A stretch of DNA of 64,000 nucleotides, from positions 434,001 through 498,000 of the forward strand of contig NW_027590163.1 of NCBI RefSeq assembly GCF_964213995.1, given 5' to 3'. The position numbers and the translations under genes were made by a program. The DNA comes from Mustelus asterias (taxonomy: Eukaryota). The notes beneath the pieces are model-generated. The model searched no databases. It saw only the letters and a program-made list of their open reading frames with translations, and was not told the DNA's origin. Within the stretch, counting starts at the first letter, position 1. Each line of letters opens with the position of its first letter. This document shows, in pieces, positions 38,205 through 50,849 of this stretch.

Positions 38205-41200
38205 CTCTCAAAAACAGGAAGTAGGCCCAGCAGCAGCCTGGGAAGGTTTTGGAGGGTTTAAAAGTGCTTACCTTGGAGGTTTCAGCCTCATTGTTCCACA
38301 GGAGCAGGCTGAGGGTAAGTGAGCTGTTTGTGCATTTTATTTATTTATTTTTCAGTTAAATTAGTGAAAAAAATCGGAGATTTTTTTCAAAACAGGAAGT
38401 AGGCCCAGCAGAATCCTGGGAAGGTTTTGGAGGGTTTAAAAGTAGGCCGCACCTTTGAGCGGGCAGCGTCGTTAGCGGGCAGCAGAGTGAGCAGGGGGTA
38501 GAGTGAGAGCTGAAGGGCTTTGGCTCAAAACGGGCTTCGGCGAGAACAGGCAGAGGCGAGAGTAAGTTTTTTTCTTTCCCAGAAAGTTTATTCTGTTTTT
38601 CCCCAGACTAAAAAAAAAATGCCAGCAGGATGTAGGAATGCTCCTCTTGCAGGATGTGGGAGATCAGGGAGACCTCCGGTATCCCTGACGACAGCACCTG
38701 CAAAAGATGCATTCAGCTGCAGCTGCTAGCAAAGCGTGTTAGGGAACTGGAGAAGGAGCTTGATGACCTCCAGAAATTCGGGAGAATGAGAAGTTTATAG
38801 GCAGTAGCTTTAGGGGGATAGTTACACCTAAGCAGCAGAGCACAGGAAATTGGGTTACTGTAAGGAGAGGAAATGCCAGTGTGAAAGGACAGGCAGAGCA
38901 GGGTTCCCCTGTGGCCATACCCCTCCACAACAGGTATACTGAATTGGACACTGTTGTGGGAGATGCTTTACCTGGGACAAGCTGCAACAGCCGGAACTCT
39001 GATACTACGTCTGGTTCTACAGCGCAAAATGGTGGGATGAAGAAGAGGAGAGCAGTAGTGATAGGGGACTCAATGGTCAGAGGTACAGACCGGAGGTTCT
39101 GTGGTCGGGACAGAGACTCCCGCATGGTTTGTTGCCTCCCAGGTGCCAAGGTCAGCGATGTCTCTGATCGCGTGCACAGCGTTCTAAAGTGGGAAGGTGA
39201 TCAGCCAGATGTCGTGGTACACGTTGGTACCAATGACGTGGGAAGGAAGAGTGAGGAGGTCCTAAAGAGTGAGTACAAAGAGCTTGGAAGGAAGTTAAAA
39301 AGCAGGACCCCGAGGGTAGTAATCTCAGGATTGCTACCTGAGCCACATGCCAGTGAGGGCAGGAGTAGGATGCTTGGGTGGATAAACACGTGGCTGAGGA
39401 ACTGGTGCAGGGGGCAGGGTTTCCAATTCTTGGATCATTGGGACCTCTTTTGGGGCAGGTGGGACCTGTACAAGAGAGACGGGTTACACCTAAACTACAA
39501 GGGGACCAATATACTTGCAGGGAGATTTGCAAGTGTTATTGGGGAGCGTTTAAACTAGATTTGCAGGGGGGTGGGAACCAGAGTGCCAGAACAGATAGTG
39601 GAGCAGGGGTAAAAAGACAGGTTAGTTCAAGCAAAATCACAAATGGAAGGGTAGAGTGTGGTGGAAATAATTTTTTGAGGTGTGTCTATTTCAATGCCAG
39701 GAGTATTGTGGGGAAGGCAGATGAGCTGAAGGCGTGGATAGACACGTGGAAATATGACATTATAGCCATTAGTGAAACTTGGCTACAGGAGGGGCAGGAC
39801 TGGCAGCTCAATGTTCCAGGGTTCCAATGTTTCAGGCGGGATAGAAGCAGAGGGATAAAAGGTGGAGGTTGGCATTGTTGGTTAGGGAAAATGTTACAGC
39901 GGTACTCAGGCAGGATAGATTAGGGAGCTTGTCTACAGAGGCCCTATGGGTGGAGCTGAGAAACAGGAAAGGTATGACCACATTAATGGGCTTGTATTAT
40001 AAACCACCCAATAATCAGCGAGAATTGGAGGAGCAAATCAGCGGAGAGATAGCTGACAACTGCAAGAAACACAAAGTTGTGGTAGTAGGGGATTTTAATT
40101 TTCCACATATAGATTGGGACCCGCATAATGTTAAAGGTTTAGACGGGGTAGAGTTTGTAAAATGTGTTCAGGAGAATTTTCTACACCGGTATATAGAGGT
40201 GCCAACGAGAGAGGATGCGATATTGGATCTCCTATTGGGAAATTAGTTAGGGCAGGTGATGGATGTGAATGTGAGGGAACACTTTGGATCCAGTGATCAT
40301 AATGCCATTAGTTTCAACCTGATCGTGGATAAGGCTAGATCTGGTCCTCGGGTTGAAGTTCTGAACGGGAAAAGGGCCAAATTTGATGAAATGAGAAGGG
40401 ATCTGGGAAGTGTGGATTGGCAAAGGCTGTTCTCTGGTAAGGATGTAAATGGAAAGTGGGAGGCCTTCAAAGGAGAAATTTTGAGAGTGCAGAGTTTGTA
40501 TGTTCCTGTCAGGATTAAAGGCAAAGTAAATAGGAATAAGGAACCTTGGTTGTCGAGGGAGATTGTAACACTGATTAAGAGGAAGAGAGAGTTGTATGAA
40601 ATGTACAGGCAGCAAGGAACAGATCAGATGCTCGAGGAGTATAAAAAGTGCAAGAAGCTACTTAAGAGGGAAATCAGGAGGGCTAAAAGAAGACATGAGG
40701 TTGCTTTGGCAGACAGAGTGAAGGAAAATCCAAAGAGCTTCTATAGGTATGTTAGGAGCAAAAGGATAGTGAGTGATAAAATTGGTCCTCTTGAAGACCA
40801 GAGTGGTAGACTGTGTATGGAACCAAAAGAGATGGGGGAGATACTAAATGGGTTTTTTGCATCCGTATTTACTGAGGAAACGGGCATGGAGTCTACGGAA
40901 ATAGGGCAAACTGGTAGGGAGGCCATGGAACCTTTACAGATTAAAGGGGAGGAGGTGCTCGCTGTCTTGAGGCAAATCAGAGTGGATAAATCCCCAGGAC
41001 CGGACAGGGTATTCCCACGGACCTTGAGGGAAGCTACTGTTGAACTTGCAGGGGCCTTGGCAGACATATTTAAAATGTCAGTATTCACGGGGGAGGTGCC
41101 GGATGATTGGAGGGTGGCTTATGTTGTTCCGTTGTTTAAAAAAGTTTCCAAAATAAATCCGGGAATTTATCGGCCAGTAAGTTTGACGTCGGTGGTGGGC

Positions 41201-42553
41201 AAAATATTGGAAGGTGTGATACGGGATAGGATCTACAAATATTTGGATAGACAGGGACTTATTAGGGAGAGTCAACATGGCTTTGTGCGTGGTAGGTCAT
41301 GTTTGACCAATCTATTAGAGTTTTTCGAGGAGGTTACCAGGAAAGTGGATGAAGGGAAGGCGGTGGATGTTGTCTACCTGGATTTCAGCAAGGCCTTTGA
41401 CAAGGTCCCTCATGGGAGGTTAGTTAGGAAGGTTCAATCGCTAGGTATACATGGGGAGGTAGTAAATTGGATAAGACACTGGCTCAATGGAAGAAGCCAG
41501 AGAGTGGTTGTGGAGGATTGCTTCTCTGAGTGGAGGCCTGTGACTAGTGGTGTGCCGCAGGGATCGGTGTTGGGTCCATTGTTGTTTGTCATCTATATCA
41601 ATGATCTGGATGATAATGTGGTCAATTGGATCAGCAAGTTTGCTGATGATACAAAGATTGGAGGTGTAGTGGACAGTGGGGAAGGTTTTCAAAGCTTGCA
41701 GAGGGATTTGGACCAACGAGAAAAATGGGCTGAAAAATGGCAAATGGAATTTAACGCCGACAAGTGTGAGATATTGCACTTTGGAAGGACAAATCAAAGT
41801 AGAACGTACAGGGTAAATGGTAGGACTCTGAAGAGTGCAGTTGAACAGAGGGATCTGGGAATACAGGTACAGAATTCCCTAAAAGTGACGTCACAGGTGG
41901 ATAGGGTCGTAAAGAGTGCCTTTGGTACATTGGCCTTTATAAATCGGAGTATCGAGTATAAACGTTGGAGTGTTATGTTAAGGTTATATAAGGCATTGGT
42001 GAGGCCGAATTTGGAGTATTGTGTACAGTTTTGGTCACCTAGTTACAGGAAGGATGTAAATAAGATTGAAAGAGTGCAGAGAAGGTTCACAAGGATGTTG
42101 CCAGGACTTGAGAAGCTGAGTTACAGAGAGAGCTTGAATAGGTTGGGACTTTATTCCCTGGAGCGTAGAAGATTGAGGGGAGATTTGATAGAGGTGTATA
42201 AGATTTTGATGGGTATAGATAGAGTGAATGCAAGCAGGCTTTTTCCGCTGAGGCTCGGGGAGAAACAAACCAGAGGGCATGGGTTAAGGGTGAAAGGAGA
42301 AAAGTTTAAAGGGAATATTAGGGGGGGGCTTCTTCACGCAGAGAGTGGTGGGAGTGTGGAATGAGCTGCCGGATAAAGTGGTAAACTTTTAACATTTAAG
42401 AAAAATTTGGACGGGTTCATGGATGAGAGGGGTGTGGAGGGATATGGTCCAAGTGCAGGTCAGTGGGACTAGGCATAAAATGGTTCGGCACAGACAAGAA
42501 GGGCCAAAAGGCCTGTTTCTGAGCTGTAATTTTCTATGGTTTCTATGGTTCTA
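38205..42553 (+). mobile_element. Apparently full-length CR1 LINE (5'UTR, ORF1 Cys-motif/coiled-coil/SGNH esterase, ORF2 APE-RT) with a few lesions
   Basis: TSD TGGAT (38200-38204 / 42554-42558); duplicated 5'UTR motif AAAACAGGAAGTAGGCCCAGCAG; ORF1 GDSMVR, HVGTND, DGLHLN; 702-aa RT ORF 40256-42364; (TTCTATGG)n tail. Confidence 0.93.
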
Positions 42554-44027
42554 TGGATAGGCTAAGTGAGTGGGCGAGGATCTGGCAGATGGAGTATAAC
42601 GTTGACAAGTGTGAGGTTATCCGCTTTGGAAGGAATAATAGTAAAATGGACTATTATTTAAATGGTGAAAAATTACAACATGCTACTGTGCAGAGGGACC
42701 TGGGGGTTCTTGTGCATGAATCTCAAAAACTCAGTTTTCAGGTGCAGCAGGTGAACAAGAAGGCAAATTGAATGTTCGCCTTTATCACGAAGGGGATGGA
42801 GTATAAAAGCAGGGAATCTTGCTGCAATTGTACAAGGTATTGGTGAGGCCGCAACAAGAGTACTGTGTGCAATTTTGGTCCCCTTATTTGCGAAAGTATA
42901 TATTGGCCTTGGAGGGAGTACAGAGAAGTTTCACCAGGTTGATACCGGAGATGAGGGGGTTCGCTTATGAGGAGAGATTGAGTAGATTGGGCCTGTACTT
43001 GTTGGAGTTTTGAAGGCTGAGGGGAGATCTTATAGAGACATATAAGATAATGAAGGGGCTAGACAGGGTAGAGGCAGAGGGATTATTTCCACTTAGAAAG
43101 GAAACAAGAACTAGAGGACACAGCCTCAAAATAAGGGGGAGTCAGTTTAGAGCAGAGTTGAGGAGGAACTTCTTCTCTCAGAGTGTAGTGAATCTCTGGA
43201 ATTCTCTGCCCCTTGAAGCAGTGAAGGCTACCTCGTTAAATATGTTTAAGTCACAGGTAGATAGATTTCTGATCAATAAGGGAATTAAGGGTTATGGGGA
43301 GAGGGCGGGAAAGTGGAACTAAATCATTATCAGATCAGCCATGATCTTATTGAATAGCGGGGCAGGCTCGAGGGGCTAGATGGCCTATTCCTGTTCCTAT
43401 TTCTTTTGTTCTTATGGTCTTATGATACGAGCCAAAGCCCAAATTAAAAGAACTGCTCAGACTAAAGCAAATTACTGCGGATGCTGGAATTTGAAGCAAC
43501 AGCAGAAACAGCTAGAAATTCTCAGTAAGTCTGACAGTATTTGTGGAGAGAGAACAGAGCCAATGTCTTGAGTCTGGAAGACTCTTCATCGGAGGTCAAG
43601 ACGATTGAAAATTAGCTGAGCTTCATACGGTTGTGGGAGCGTGGTTGAGGGAGCTCTGGGGACTGGATATAGGGCCAGCGGCAGGTGGAGACAAGAGGGA
43701 GATTTACAAAGATATCGTGGACAAAAGGAATATGGGAATGTAGTGATTGTGGCTGTGAATGGTCCTGATAGCGGCACCCTAACAGATTAGAATATGTCAA
43801 TTGCAAAGGCCGTGTGATACACTATCCATGACACTGATCAGAAAATGAAATGCGGCAGCGAGTGAGTTGCAATCACGAAAACTAGATTCATTGCACCAGT
43901 TGCATTCAAAGAGAAAAAAAAATAAAGAGAGAGTTTATGATCGACAGTTTACGGGCTCAGTCTCGGTTCCACATCTCGAACAGTGTTTTAAATCTGTATA
44001 TTGTATTACCTGTCGCCGCCACCAGAG

Positions 44028-46230
44028 TAAGAAGTCTCACAACACCAGGTTAAATTCCGACAGGTTCATTAGGTAGCACAAGTTTTCGGAGTGTCGCTCC
44101 TTCTTCAGATGAATGAAGAGTTGTGTTCACAAACAGGGCATACATAGACACAGACTCAATTTACAAGATAATGATTGGAATGCGACTCCATACATGTAAT
44201 CAAGTCTTAAAGGTACAGACAATGTGAGTGGAGAGAGGGTTAAGCACAGGTTAAAGAGGTGCATTGTCTCCAGCCAGGACAGTTAGTGAGATTTTGCAAA
44301 CCCAGGAAAGTCGTGGGGGTTACAGATAGTGCGACATGAACCCAAGATCCCGGTTTGAGGCCGTCCTCATGTGTGCAGAACTTGGCTATCAGATTTTGCT
44401 CGGCGATTCTGCGTTGTCGTCTGTCGTGAAGGCCGCCTTGGAGAACGCTTACCCAAAGATCAGAGGCTGAATGCCCGTGACTGCTGAAGTATTCCCCGAC
44501 AGAAGAGAACACTCCTGCCTGGTGATTGTCGAGCGGTGTCCATTCATCCGTTGTCCTCGCGTCTGCATGGTCTCGCCAATGTACCATGCCTCGGGACATC
44601 CTTTCCTGCAGCCTATCAGGTCGACAACATTGCTGAGCCGGAAGAGTATGCAGCGTGTACCTGGTGGATGGTGCTCTCACGTGAGATGATGACTTCCGTG
44701 TCGATGATCCGGCACGTCTTGCAGAGGTTGCTGTGGCAGGGTTGTGTGGTGTCGTGGTCACTGTTCTCCTGGAGGCTGGGCAGTTTGCTGCGTACAATGG
44801 TCTGTTTGAGGTTGTGCGGTTGTTTGAAGGCAAGAGGTGGGGATGTGGGGATGGCCTTGGCGAGACGTTCGTCTTCATGGATGACAGGTTGACGGCTCCG
44901 GAGATGTCGTAGCTTCTCCGGTCCGGGGAAGTACTGGACGACGAAGGGTACTCTGTCCACCGTGTCCCGTGTTTGTCTTCTGAGGAGGTCGATGCTGTTT
45001 TTCGGTGCGACGCGTCGGAACTGTTGATCGATGAGTCGAGCTCCATATCCTGTTCTTATGAGGGCTTTCAGCGTCTGTAGGGGTCTGTTCCGATCCTCCT
45101 CATCTGAGAACATCCTGTGTATAGGGAGGGCTTGTCCATAGGGGATGGCTCATGTAACGAGTTTACGGTGGAGGCTTGGGAAGTGCAGCATCCTGAGGTT
45201 TTCCGTGGGCTTGCGGTACAGGGAAATGCTGAGGTGACCGTCCTTGTTGGAGACGCGTGTGTCCAAGAATGCAACCGATTCCGGAGAGTAGTCCATGGTT
45301 AGTCTGATGGTGAGATGGAACTTGTTGATGTCATCATGTCGTTGTTTCAGTGGTTGTTCGCCATGAGTCCAAAGGAAGAAAATGTAATCGAGGTATCTAA
45401 TGTATGCCGCCGGTTGAAGGTCCTGTGCAGTGAAGAGGTCTTGTTCGAATATGTGCATGAAGATGTTGGCATATTGAGGTGCGAATTTGGTCCCCATGGC
45501 TGTTTCTTGTGTCTGGATGAAGAACTGGTTGTTGAAGGTGAAGACATTGCGGTCCAGGATGTAGCGGATGAGACGTAGAATTGCATCTGGAGATTGGCAG
45601 TTGACAGCGTTGAGTACAGAGTCACCTTGCTACATTGACGAGAACATGCAGACGCTCCGACAATGGATAACTGAATACCGCTCGACAATCACCTGGCAGG
45701 AGTGTTCACTTCCTGTCGGGGAACACTTCAGCAGTCACGGGCATTCAGCCTCTGATCTTCGGGTTAGCGTTCTCCAGGGCGACCTTCACGACACACGACA
45801 ACACAGAATCGCCGAGCAAAACATGATAGCCAAGTTCCGCACACATGAGGACGGCCTCAGCCGGGAACTTGGGTTCATGTCACACTTTCTGTAACCCCCC
45901 ACGAATTGCCTGGTTTTGCAAAATCTCACTAACTGTCCTGGCTGGAGACAATACACATCTCTTTAACCTGTGCTTAACCCTCTCTCCGCTCACATTGTCT
46001 GTACCTTTAAGACTTGATTACCTGTAAAGACTCGCATTCCAAACATTATATTGTAAATTGAGCCTGTGTCTAAGTATGCCCTGTTTGTGGACACAACTCC
46101 TCACTCATCTGAGGAAGGAACGAAACTCTCAAAGCTTGTGCGACCAAATAAACCTGTTGGACTTTAACCCGGTGTTGTGAGACTTCTTACAGTGCTTACC
46201 CGAGTCCAAGGCTGGCATCTCCCCAGCATG
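44028..46230 (-). mobile_element. Penelope-like element (RT + GIY-YIG remnants) with an inverted copy of its 3' repeat
   Basis: MGTKFAPQYANIFM and YIRYLDYIF RT motifs, CHSNLCKTC; 44028-~44600 is the reverse complement of ~45620-46190; 13-bp TSD GCCGCCACCAGAG (44015-44027 / 46231-46243). Confidence 0.9.
44076..44112 (-). ncRNA. Minimal type-I hammerhead ribozyme motif in the Penelope repeat
   Basis: Reverse complement CAT-CTGAAGA-A-GGAG-CGACA-CTCC-GAAA-ACTT-GTG: catalytic core plus helix II. Confidence 0.6.
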
Positions 46231-46248
46231 GCCGCCACCAGAGGGCAG
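46229..46248 (+). promoter_or_regulatory. CTCF-like motif at the Penelope target site
   Basis: GCCACCAGAGGGCAG fits the CTCF core. Confidence 0.55.
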
Positions 46249-46704
46249 AGGGAGACGATGTTAATTTCGGTACATTTATTGAAAAAAAACTGATTGAAGT
46301 CACAAATGTTGAAACAGAACATATCTTAACACGAATGTCAAACTTATATTTTAAAACAGTGTATTATTAAGAGTTTTCAATGTTGCTATTACTGTTGGTA
46401 TGTTAGGCCTGTCGGTTTGCTCAGTTTGCTGGACGGCCTGTTAAGAATGCAGAGCGACGATACAGCAATTCCCGAACCGGCCTTTGTTGTTCATAATGGC
46501 ACTACTTTCTCAAGCTTGCACCCTGCCGGAGCTGTGGTGATCCTCAAGTTCAATCATCACCAGTCTATTGTCAGGTGAGACTATGGTGTCTTTACCTTAC
46601 CTCACATTTATTCGAAAAATAGATCAGTTCAAACTATAAAAATGGATCTATAGGACTAATTTCAGGACCTTCACCTTGTCACACTGAGCGATGTCTCAGT
46701 GTGG

Positions 46705-47003
46705 AATCATAGAATCCTACAGTGCAAAAGGAGGCCACTCGACTAATCGAGTCTGCACCGACCACAACCCCACCCAGGCCCTATTCCCATAACCCCATGC
46801 ATTTAGCCTAGCTCGTCCCAATTTAGCATGTGCAATCCACCTTACCCGCGAATCTTTGGACTGTGGGAAGCAACGGAGAATCCGAAGGAAACCCACAGGG
46901 AGAATGTGCAAACTCCACGCAGGCAGCGACGCAAGTAAGGAATCGAGCCCGTGTCCCTGGCGCTGTCAGGCTGCAGTGCTAACCACTGTGCCACCGTGCC
47001 ACC
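46705..47003 (-). mobile_element. HE1-type V-SINE
   Basis: Same head, core and tail as other copies. Confidence 0.85.
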
Positions 47004-47455
47004 CTGAAGGAAGCTTCAGCAAGAATTAGAGAACAAAATGCAAGAAATCATTTGCTTGCGGTAAACTCCCCCGCAGCAAAGAACTATAAAAGGAAGGAGA
47101 GAATAGCTGCTCTCATTTGCAACTATCTCGTGAACTGCAACTTGTCCACAGTTCAAGTGAATAATTGTACCCTGGAATTACCAGCATACACCACCTGAGA
47201 GCGGTGTAAGACAATATGTAATGTGAAAGGCTCAGGTGTGTGCTCAGAGGCAGTGTGAGCTGGCGTCAGTGTGATACGCTCAGTGTGGGTAGTTGAAGGG
47301 ATACTCAGCTTCTTTTGTTAGTTCAGCATTAACATATTAACTATGATATTACCGAATTGAACCCGAAGCGAGTATTTGGCACCCGGTTAATTTTTCTGCT
47401 CATAATTTTCATCCCCTGGATCTGAGCAGACTTCGGTATTGCGTGATAACTGAGA

Positions 47456-47782
47456 ATGTTCAAGATTTACATCGGCTTTCTGCTGTTTTTCACTCTGATC
47501 TGCAGGAAGGTAACTGGGAAAGATGAGTTGCTGCAGATCCCTCCGCCGATGTTTTTCAGTGAAGCGGGAAACATGTCCATGAACTGCATTATCTTCATTA
47601 CTTTTAGCGTCCTGCATTGGTACGAACAGCTCCCGAATCAGTCACCGCAGCATCTGGTGATGGCCACAAGAGGAACCGATCAACGCGGGAGGATCACTGT
47701 TTCAATCGAGGGAGGCAACAAATTCACCATCCTGACTGTGGGAGACGCGCGAGACTCTGCCACATATCTCTGCGCCGTAAGG
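47456..47782 (+). CDS. TCR alpha-type V segment, open leader+V frame apparently without a leader intron
   Basis: Signal-like MFKIYIGFLLFFTLICRKVTG, then MNC, LHWYEQLPNQSPQHL and DSATYLCAVR; FR3 looks ~2 aa short. Confidence 0.75.
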
Positions 47783-47821
47783 CACAGTGTGACAAACACA
47801 GGGAGTTCCCGTACACAAAAT
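47783..47821 (+). promoter_or_regulatory. 23-RSS
   Basis: CACAGTG + 23 nt + ACACAAAAT. Confidence 0.9.
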
Positions 47822-49344
47822 CCACTCCGCCGTGTCTGGAATATCGACGTTTCAATAAGCGTGATAGTAAATCCCATGGGTAGGGGAAAAGAGATCAAAA
47901 CATATTCAGAAACAGAAAATTCAAACAGGTTTAAATGAAGAGAATTGAAAATATAGTCGTAAAATGAAGTTAACATGCAAAATCGGAATGAGTGAAAGAC
48001 GCAGCATAGAGGTACAGTAAGAATACGTAAAGAGCACAGAAAATTCAGAATCAATGGAAAGAGAAGAGGAGGAAAATAAAAAAATAATGAACGTGATGCA
48101 TAGAGTTAAAAATCTGGTGAAATCATAACTGAAATGACTCAGAAATGATGTAAAACGGCGTTTGTTTTAACTTCAGTCAAACTTCCTTGATAGTTCGACA
48201 GTTTATGGTTTGACAACCAGCTCGTGAAGAGCTGTCAGTGGATCTCGCCTCATAAATAAATTTACACCCTGCTCACTGTTCTGACAGTGTCAATTCTTCC
48301 CGCTGGAGATGCCGTGAGAGGGCGCTGTGGTCCCACGTTCTTCCCTGTTATCAACTGAAAATTATCGCTAAACAACTGGCGGTAACGCAGCCAGATGCAA
48401 TCCCGAAAACATTATGTTCTCTCTGATCTACAATGTCTGCCCTGTGATATTTGAAATATTTTCCTGTTTCATCGGTTGAATCGGCAGTGACCCAGGGTTC
48501 ATTTTTTCAATTCATTTGTGGGATATGGTCGACCAGCTGACCAGCATTTATTGCCCATCCCTAGTTGCCCTTGAACTGTGTGGCTTGCTAATCCATTTCA
48601 GCGGGCAGCTGAGAGTCAACCACATTGCTGTCGCTCTGGAATCACATGTAGACCAGGCCAGGTAAGGACGGTAGATTTCTTTACCTCAAGGCCATTTGTG
48701 AACAAGATGGGGTTTTCCATCAATCGAAGATGGTTTCATGGTCATCAGTAGATTCAAAATTGCAGATTTCTGCTTATTGAATGCAAATTACACCATCTGC
48801 TGTGACGGGATTCGAATCCGCGTCCCCAGAACATCAGCTGGTTTTCTGGATTAGTTTTCTAGCGATAATGTCACCAGGCCTCCCATCATGCGATTTCTAT
48901 AACGATTTGCTGGAATTCAGATGCACACAAACAACGACAATTAAATTGTTTTTCCGGTTTCCAGGATGTGTTGAGTGGTGTACAAATGATTTGATGACAG
49001 GACCGAAGGTCTGGTGCTAAATCAACTGACCACCTAGGAAAATAAATGCTGAAGAGAACGTTAGGCGTTTACAAAGAGAGATAGATATGTTAAGGGAGTG
49101 GACACAGACCTGTAGAATGAAGTTTATGTGAGCAAATGTGACATAATTAATGTTGGCAGTAAGAAGTTGAAATAATCTAAATACCTAAATAGTGAGAGAT
49201 TGCAGAAGTCTGAGATTCAGGGGGATCTGCGTGTCCTACTGTGTAAATCATAAACGCTAGTAAACAGACACAGCAAGTAATGAGAACATTGTCGTTTATT
49301 GTGAGGTGATTTCAATCAAAAAAATGGAGTTAATGCGTTAGTTA

Positions 49345-49683
49345 GAAATCATAGAAACCCTACAGTGCAGAAGGAGGCCATTCGGCCCATCGAGTCTGCA
49401 CCGACCACAATCCCACCCAGGCCCTACCCCCACATATTTTACCTGCTAATCCCTCTAACCTACGCATCTCTGGACTCTCAGGGGCAATTTTTAACCTGGC
49501 CAATCAACCTAACCCGCACATCTTTGGACTGTGGGAGGAAACCGGAGCACCCGGAGGAAACCCACGCAGACACGAGGAGAATGTGCAAACTCCACACAGA
49601 CAGTAACCCGAGCCGGGAATCGAACCTGGGACCCTGGAGCTGTGAAGCAGCAATGCTAACCACTGTGCTACCGTGCCGCCCCA
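49345..49683 (-). mobile_element. Young HE1-type V-SINE abutting a truncated V
   Basis: Near-identical to the copy at 63041-63380. Confidence 0.92.
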
Positions 49684-50276
49684 TAAAAACATTTCCGATC
49701 GTCAGCTCGGTGATCTGGGCAGTTTTATTTATTGTAGCTGAAAAGCGGTCGCTAATGTCGGCGTGTCTGTACATTTTCACACCCAGAATGTGAAGCATGT
49801 ACTGTGGAGACTGCCCGGGACTCTGACTGTACCAGAACACATAAGGGTCGGAATCATTTGTCTTAAATTTGCAGGTTATTGTGACATTACTTTCCTCTTC
49901 AACCGTTTTTGCGGCAACCGGCTGCTCCACTGTGTCTTGGTGAATCCAGTCCAATGTAAAATTATAGTAAAGGTAAAAACAATTAGCAGCAGCCTAATAT
50001 TTTTCAATCAAATTGTCATTAAACCATCTCTCATATTTTACCAGCAATTATATCCGGCTTTACAGGGAAGGAAATATATAGAACTTGGAAAATAGGAGCA
50101 GGAGTATGCCATTCGGCACTTCGAGCCTGTTCGGCCATTCATTATGATTACGGCTGATTATCCAATTCCATAACCTGTTCTTACCTTCCCCCCATATCCT
50201 TTGCCGCCCTTTGCCCCAGGAGTTACTTACTGAGAACTGAGATAATGATGAGAACCGAAGTGGGACGGTTCCCCAT
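49684..50276 (-). pseudogene. TCR alpha/delta V pseudogene, 3' end (YxC + RSS) lost at the SINE junction
   Basis: Leader MGNRPTSVLIIISVL + phase-1 GTAAGT (50276-50231); acceptor mutated to GG; DTVEQPVAAKTVEEESNVTITCKFKTNDSDPYVFWYSQSPGQSPQY...RFSATINKTAQITELTIGNV. Confidence 0.87.
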
Positions 50277-50849
50277 GATCCTTCCTGAGGCTGTAACTCT
50301 GCAGTGATGGAAATCCTCTGTGAGAGGCAAAAATACAGATCTCCGTCCCACTGCACTGCTGATCCAACCAATGAGTGGAATGGAGCAGCGGCAGCAATCT
50401 GTCCAATCACACAATCAGGTCAGAGTGAGAGCAGCAAACGGAAGCGATGTGCGGGGATACGGCAGACTCAATATTGAGCGAATTTGCGGTAACTCTCAAC
50501 TGCACTCGGAGTGGATGGAGCGGAAATAGCGGCGGTTGAATCCACAAAAGTCTCTGACCATTCTGCACCTGCTCACTATTCAGGTTTCTACCAACAAATC
50601 GAACGGTTGGGGCATGAAGCAACGAGAATAATAGAATCTTGGATCACCGACTGAGGCCATTCGGCCTACCGATGCTTCCTTGGAGAAGTTCGCCTAAACA
50701 TCTTCCATCTCCGGATAATCCACATAGACGGGATTTATTTCTAACATTCATTTTCCTCGTTTTGGAATGTAAATGATCAAACAGGAGTGACCACCCTCTC
50801 CCCCCACCCCTCCCCCCACACACACCCATTCGAAATCTCATTGAACAGA

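Larger units (their letters stand above)
34190..43425 (+). mobile_element. Host CR1 RT fragment split into three pieces (34190-34437, 37802-38204, 42559-43425) by two large CR1 insertions
   Basis: RT sequence continues across both insertions (KQTQ|HGF and QRDLD|RLSEW); TCTTATGG tail. Confidence 0.88.

Noticed and set aside
49478-49954. 158-aa V-SINE fusion ORF as a novel protein
   Set aside because: Acceptor is mutated, the second Cys is missing and the C-terminal half is SINE read-through
50290-50530. AVTLQ / AVTLNCT peptides resembling V FR1 on the plus strand
   Set aside because: No Trp, YxC or RSS follows; the region is better explained as the promoter (CCAAT boxes) of the minus-strand V at 50276
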